Assembly (NCBI RefSeq): GCF_008831285.2
Contig: NC_045138.2
Location: 38,316,001 to 38,380,000 of the forward strand
Direction of reading: 5' to 3'
DNA length: 64,000 nt
Origin: Nymphaea colorata
Lineage: Eukaryota
Shown here piece after piece: positions 61,175 to 64,000 of this stretch. Below the pieces are notes generated by a model. It saw only the letters and a program-made list of their open reading frames with translations. It did no database searches and was not told the origin of the DNA. The position numbers and the translations under genes were made by a program. The stretch's first letter is position 1, and every line of letters begins with the position of its first letter.

Positions 61175-64000
61175 GTAGGAAAGATACGATGAACCTCATA
61201 CAACAAGGGGGGAAGCAGTCCCATGAGAGATGAGAACTGCATATAGATCTTGATGAGGCAACGTCCCTACAATCAAGTTCAAAATGCCAATCAAATATAC
61301 TTGAAATAAATGGCTGACTGAAGACATAGCCGATGTATGGCCAACTAGATGTGTCTACATAATGGTCAGTTTTAAGAGATTATGTGTCAGATAAGAGTAT
61401 TGACTATGAAAAAACTAGGGTAGGAAAGATACGGTGAACCCCATACAACAAAAGGGCAAGCAATCCCGTGAGACATGGGAACTGTAAATGGATCTTGATG
61501 ATGCAACGTCCCTACCATCAAGTTCAAAAGTACTGACTATGAAAAAACTAGGGTAGGAAAGATACGATGTGCCCTGTACAACAAGAGGGAAAGGAGTCCC
61601 GTGAGACGTGCGAACTATATATGGATATTGATAAGGCAACGTCCCTAGCATCAAGTTAAAAATGACAATCACATGCACTTGAAATAAATGGCGGACTGAA
61701 GACATAGCCGATGCATGGCCAACTAGATGCATCGGCATAATGGTCAGTTTTAGGAGGTTATGTGTGAAACAAAAGTATTGACTATGAAAGAACTAGGGTT
61801 GGAAAGATGCGATGAACCCCGTAAAACAAAAGGGGAAGCAGTCTTGTGAGACATGGGAACTGCATATGGATCTTGATGATACGATGTCTCTACCATCAAG
61901 TTCAAGATGTCAATCAAATGCACTTGAAATGAATGGCTGACTGAAGACAGCCAATGCATGGCCAACTAGATGCGTCGACATAATGGTCAATTTTAGGTGG
62001 TTGTGTGAGACAAAAGTATTGGCTATGAAAAAACTAGGGTAAGAAAGATACGATGAAACCCTGTACAACAAGAGGGGAAGCAGTCCCATGAGACCTGGGA
62101 ACTGTTAAACGATGTTGTTGAAGCAACGTGTCCACTGTCAAGTTAAAAAATGTTAATTTGATGCACTTGAAATGAATAGCTGACTGACGACATAGCCGAT
62201 GCATGGCCAGCTAGATGCATCAGCACAATGATCAGTTTGAATAGGTTATGTTTGAGACAAAAGTATTGACTATGAAAAGACTAGGGTAGGAAGGATACGA
62301 TGAACCTCGTACAAGAGGAGAAGCAGTCCTGTGAGACATGGGAACTGCAGATAGAACTGGATGAGGGAATGTCCTTGCCATCAAGTTCAAAAAGTGTGTT
62401 ATGTGAAATTCAAATAAATGGCTTGCTGATTGCAGTGGTAAAGTTAGCGAATGTTGCATCTGCAAGTCGGCAGCATTCTTGACGAATAGAGATGAACGAA
62501 CATAGTCTTTGTTTGGGATTATTATTGACAATCTCGTGCATCTTTTCTCATCGTCTTGGCAAGTAAGTGCGTCACTTATAACTTAAGGAGCACTCAAGAG
62601 ATGAGTTGTCAGTGATGTGTGATTGTCTCGGTATGGGTGCAAATGATACGATGAAACTCGTACAACCAGAGGTGAAGCAGTCCCGTGAGACATGGGAACT
62701 ACATATGGATGTTGATGAGGCAACGTCTCTACCATCATGTTAATGATGTGTGATTGCCTCAATATGTGCGCAAATGATGGGACAATGACACCCATACAAC
62801 CATAGGAGATGCAGTCCCGTGAGACCTCGGAACTGCATGTGGATCTTGATGAGGCATCGTCTCTACCATCAAGTTCAAAATGTCAGTCAAATGCACTTGA
62901 AATAAATGGCTGACTGAAGACATAGCTGATGTATGCGAACTAGATGTTTCGGCACAATGGTCAGTTTTTGGTGGTTATGTGTGAGACAAAAGTATTGACT
63001 ATGAAAAAACTAGGGTAAAAAAGATGCGATGAACCCCGTACAACAAAAGGGGAAGCAGTACCATGAAACATGGGAACTGCATATGGATCTTGATGAAACA
63101 ACGTCCCTACCATCAAGTTCGAAATGTCAATCAAATGCACTTGAAATAAATAGCTGACTGAAGACATAGCCGACGCATGGCGCCTTGACCAACTAGATGC
63201 GTCGACATAATGGTCAGTTTTAAGAGGTTATGTGTGAGACAAAAGTGTTATCATGAAAAAATTGGGGTAAGAAAGATACGATGAACCCTGTACAACAAAA
63301 GGGGAAGCAGTCCCGTGAGGGCTGGGAACTGCATATGGATATTGACGACGCAACGTTCCTACCATCAAGTTAAAGATGTCAATCACATGCACTTGAAATG
63401 AATGGTTGATTGAAGACTTAGCCTATGTGTGGCCAACTAGATGCATCAGCATGATGATGAGTTTTAGGAGGTCATGTGTGAGACAAAAGTATTGACTTTG
63501 AAAAACTAGGGTAGGAAAGATACGATGAACCCTGTACAACAAGAAGGAAAGCGGTCCCGTGAGACAAGGGAACTGCATATGGATCTTGATGAGGCAAAGT
63601 CCCTACCATCAAGTTTAAAATGTCTGCTATGTGAAATTAAAATAAATGGGCAGCTGATTGTCGTAGTTAAGTAAGCGAATTTTGCCTCTGCGAGTGCATT
63701 CTTGATGAATAGAGATGAACGTACATACACAGTGTTTGTTATTATTGTTGACAATCTTGTGCATCTCGCCTCATCGTCTTGGGAAGAGAGTGCGACACTT
63801 AACTTAAGGAGCACTCAAGACTTGAGTTGTTAATCATGTGTGATCATCTCATTATGGGTGCAAATGATACGATGAAACTCGTACAACCAGAGGAGAAGCA
63901 GTCACGTGGGACCTGGGAACTGCATATGGATTTTGATGAGGCTATATCCCTACCATCAAGTTGAAAATGTCAATCAAATGCACTTGAAATAAATGGCTGA
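61175..64000. repeat. Diverged satellite monomers with truncated units and interspersed non-satellite segments
   Basis: Same motifs and orientation, but many more substitutions and indels, and irregular period. Confidence 0.9.

Noticed and set aside
1..64000. Species assignment and definite centromere identity
   Set aside because: I do not recognise the satellite with confidence; both need a database search or CENH3 data.

Overview
Eukaryotic, plant-type heterochromatin. Most of the window is a head-to-tail ~245-bp satellite array, all in one orientation, built from several monomer variants arranged in changing higher-order repeats (about 490, 735, 981, 1433, 1470, 1924 and 1960 bp). It is plausibly centromeric or pericentromeric, but that cannot be proven from sequence alone. 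The array is interrupted by: (1) an intact, very young Ty1/copia LTR retrotransposon (26462-31909, + strand, CCCTA target-site duplication, LTRs differing only by one CT unit); (2) a non-autonomous hAT-like element with a CT-rich interior (35046-36377); (3) a second, related Ty1/copia with an intact ORF (38462-43703, - strand, GCAAC TSD) whose 3' LTR core is replaced by a palindromic mosaic; (4) a near-identical 8486-bp tandem duplication carrying a 3'-truncated copy of element 3; (5) a nested, deleted remnant, a probable hAT end inserted in the gag of a third copia family (57415-61174). Beyond 61175 the satellite is much more diverged and contains non-satellite segments. The main hidden signals are a 236-nt intron with a position-conserved stop that would yield a short Gag in both intact copia families, a conserved integrase C-terminal motif, and a hairpin in every satellite monomer that coincides with three rearrangement breakpoints. 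No host gene can be confidently called. All comparisons were made by eye.
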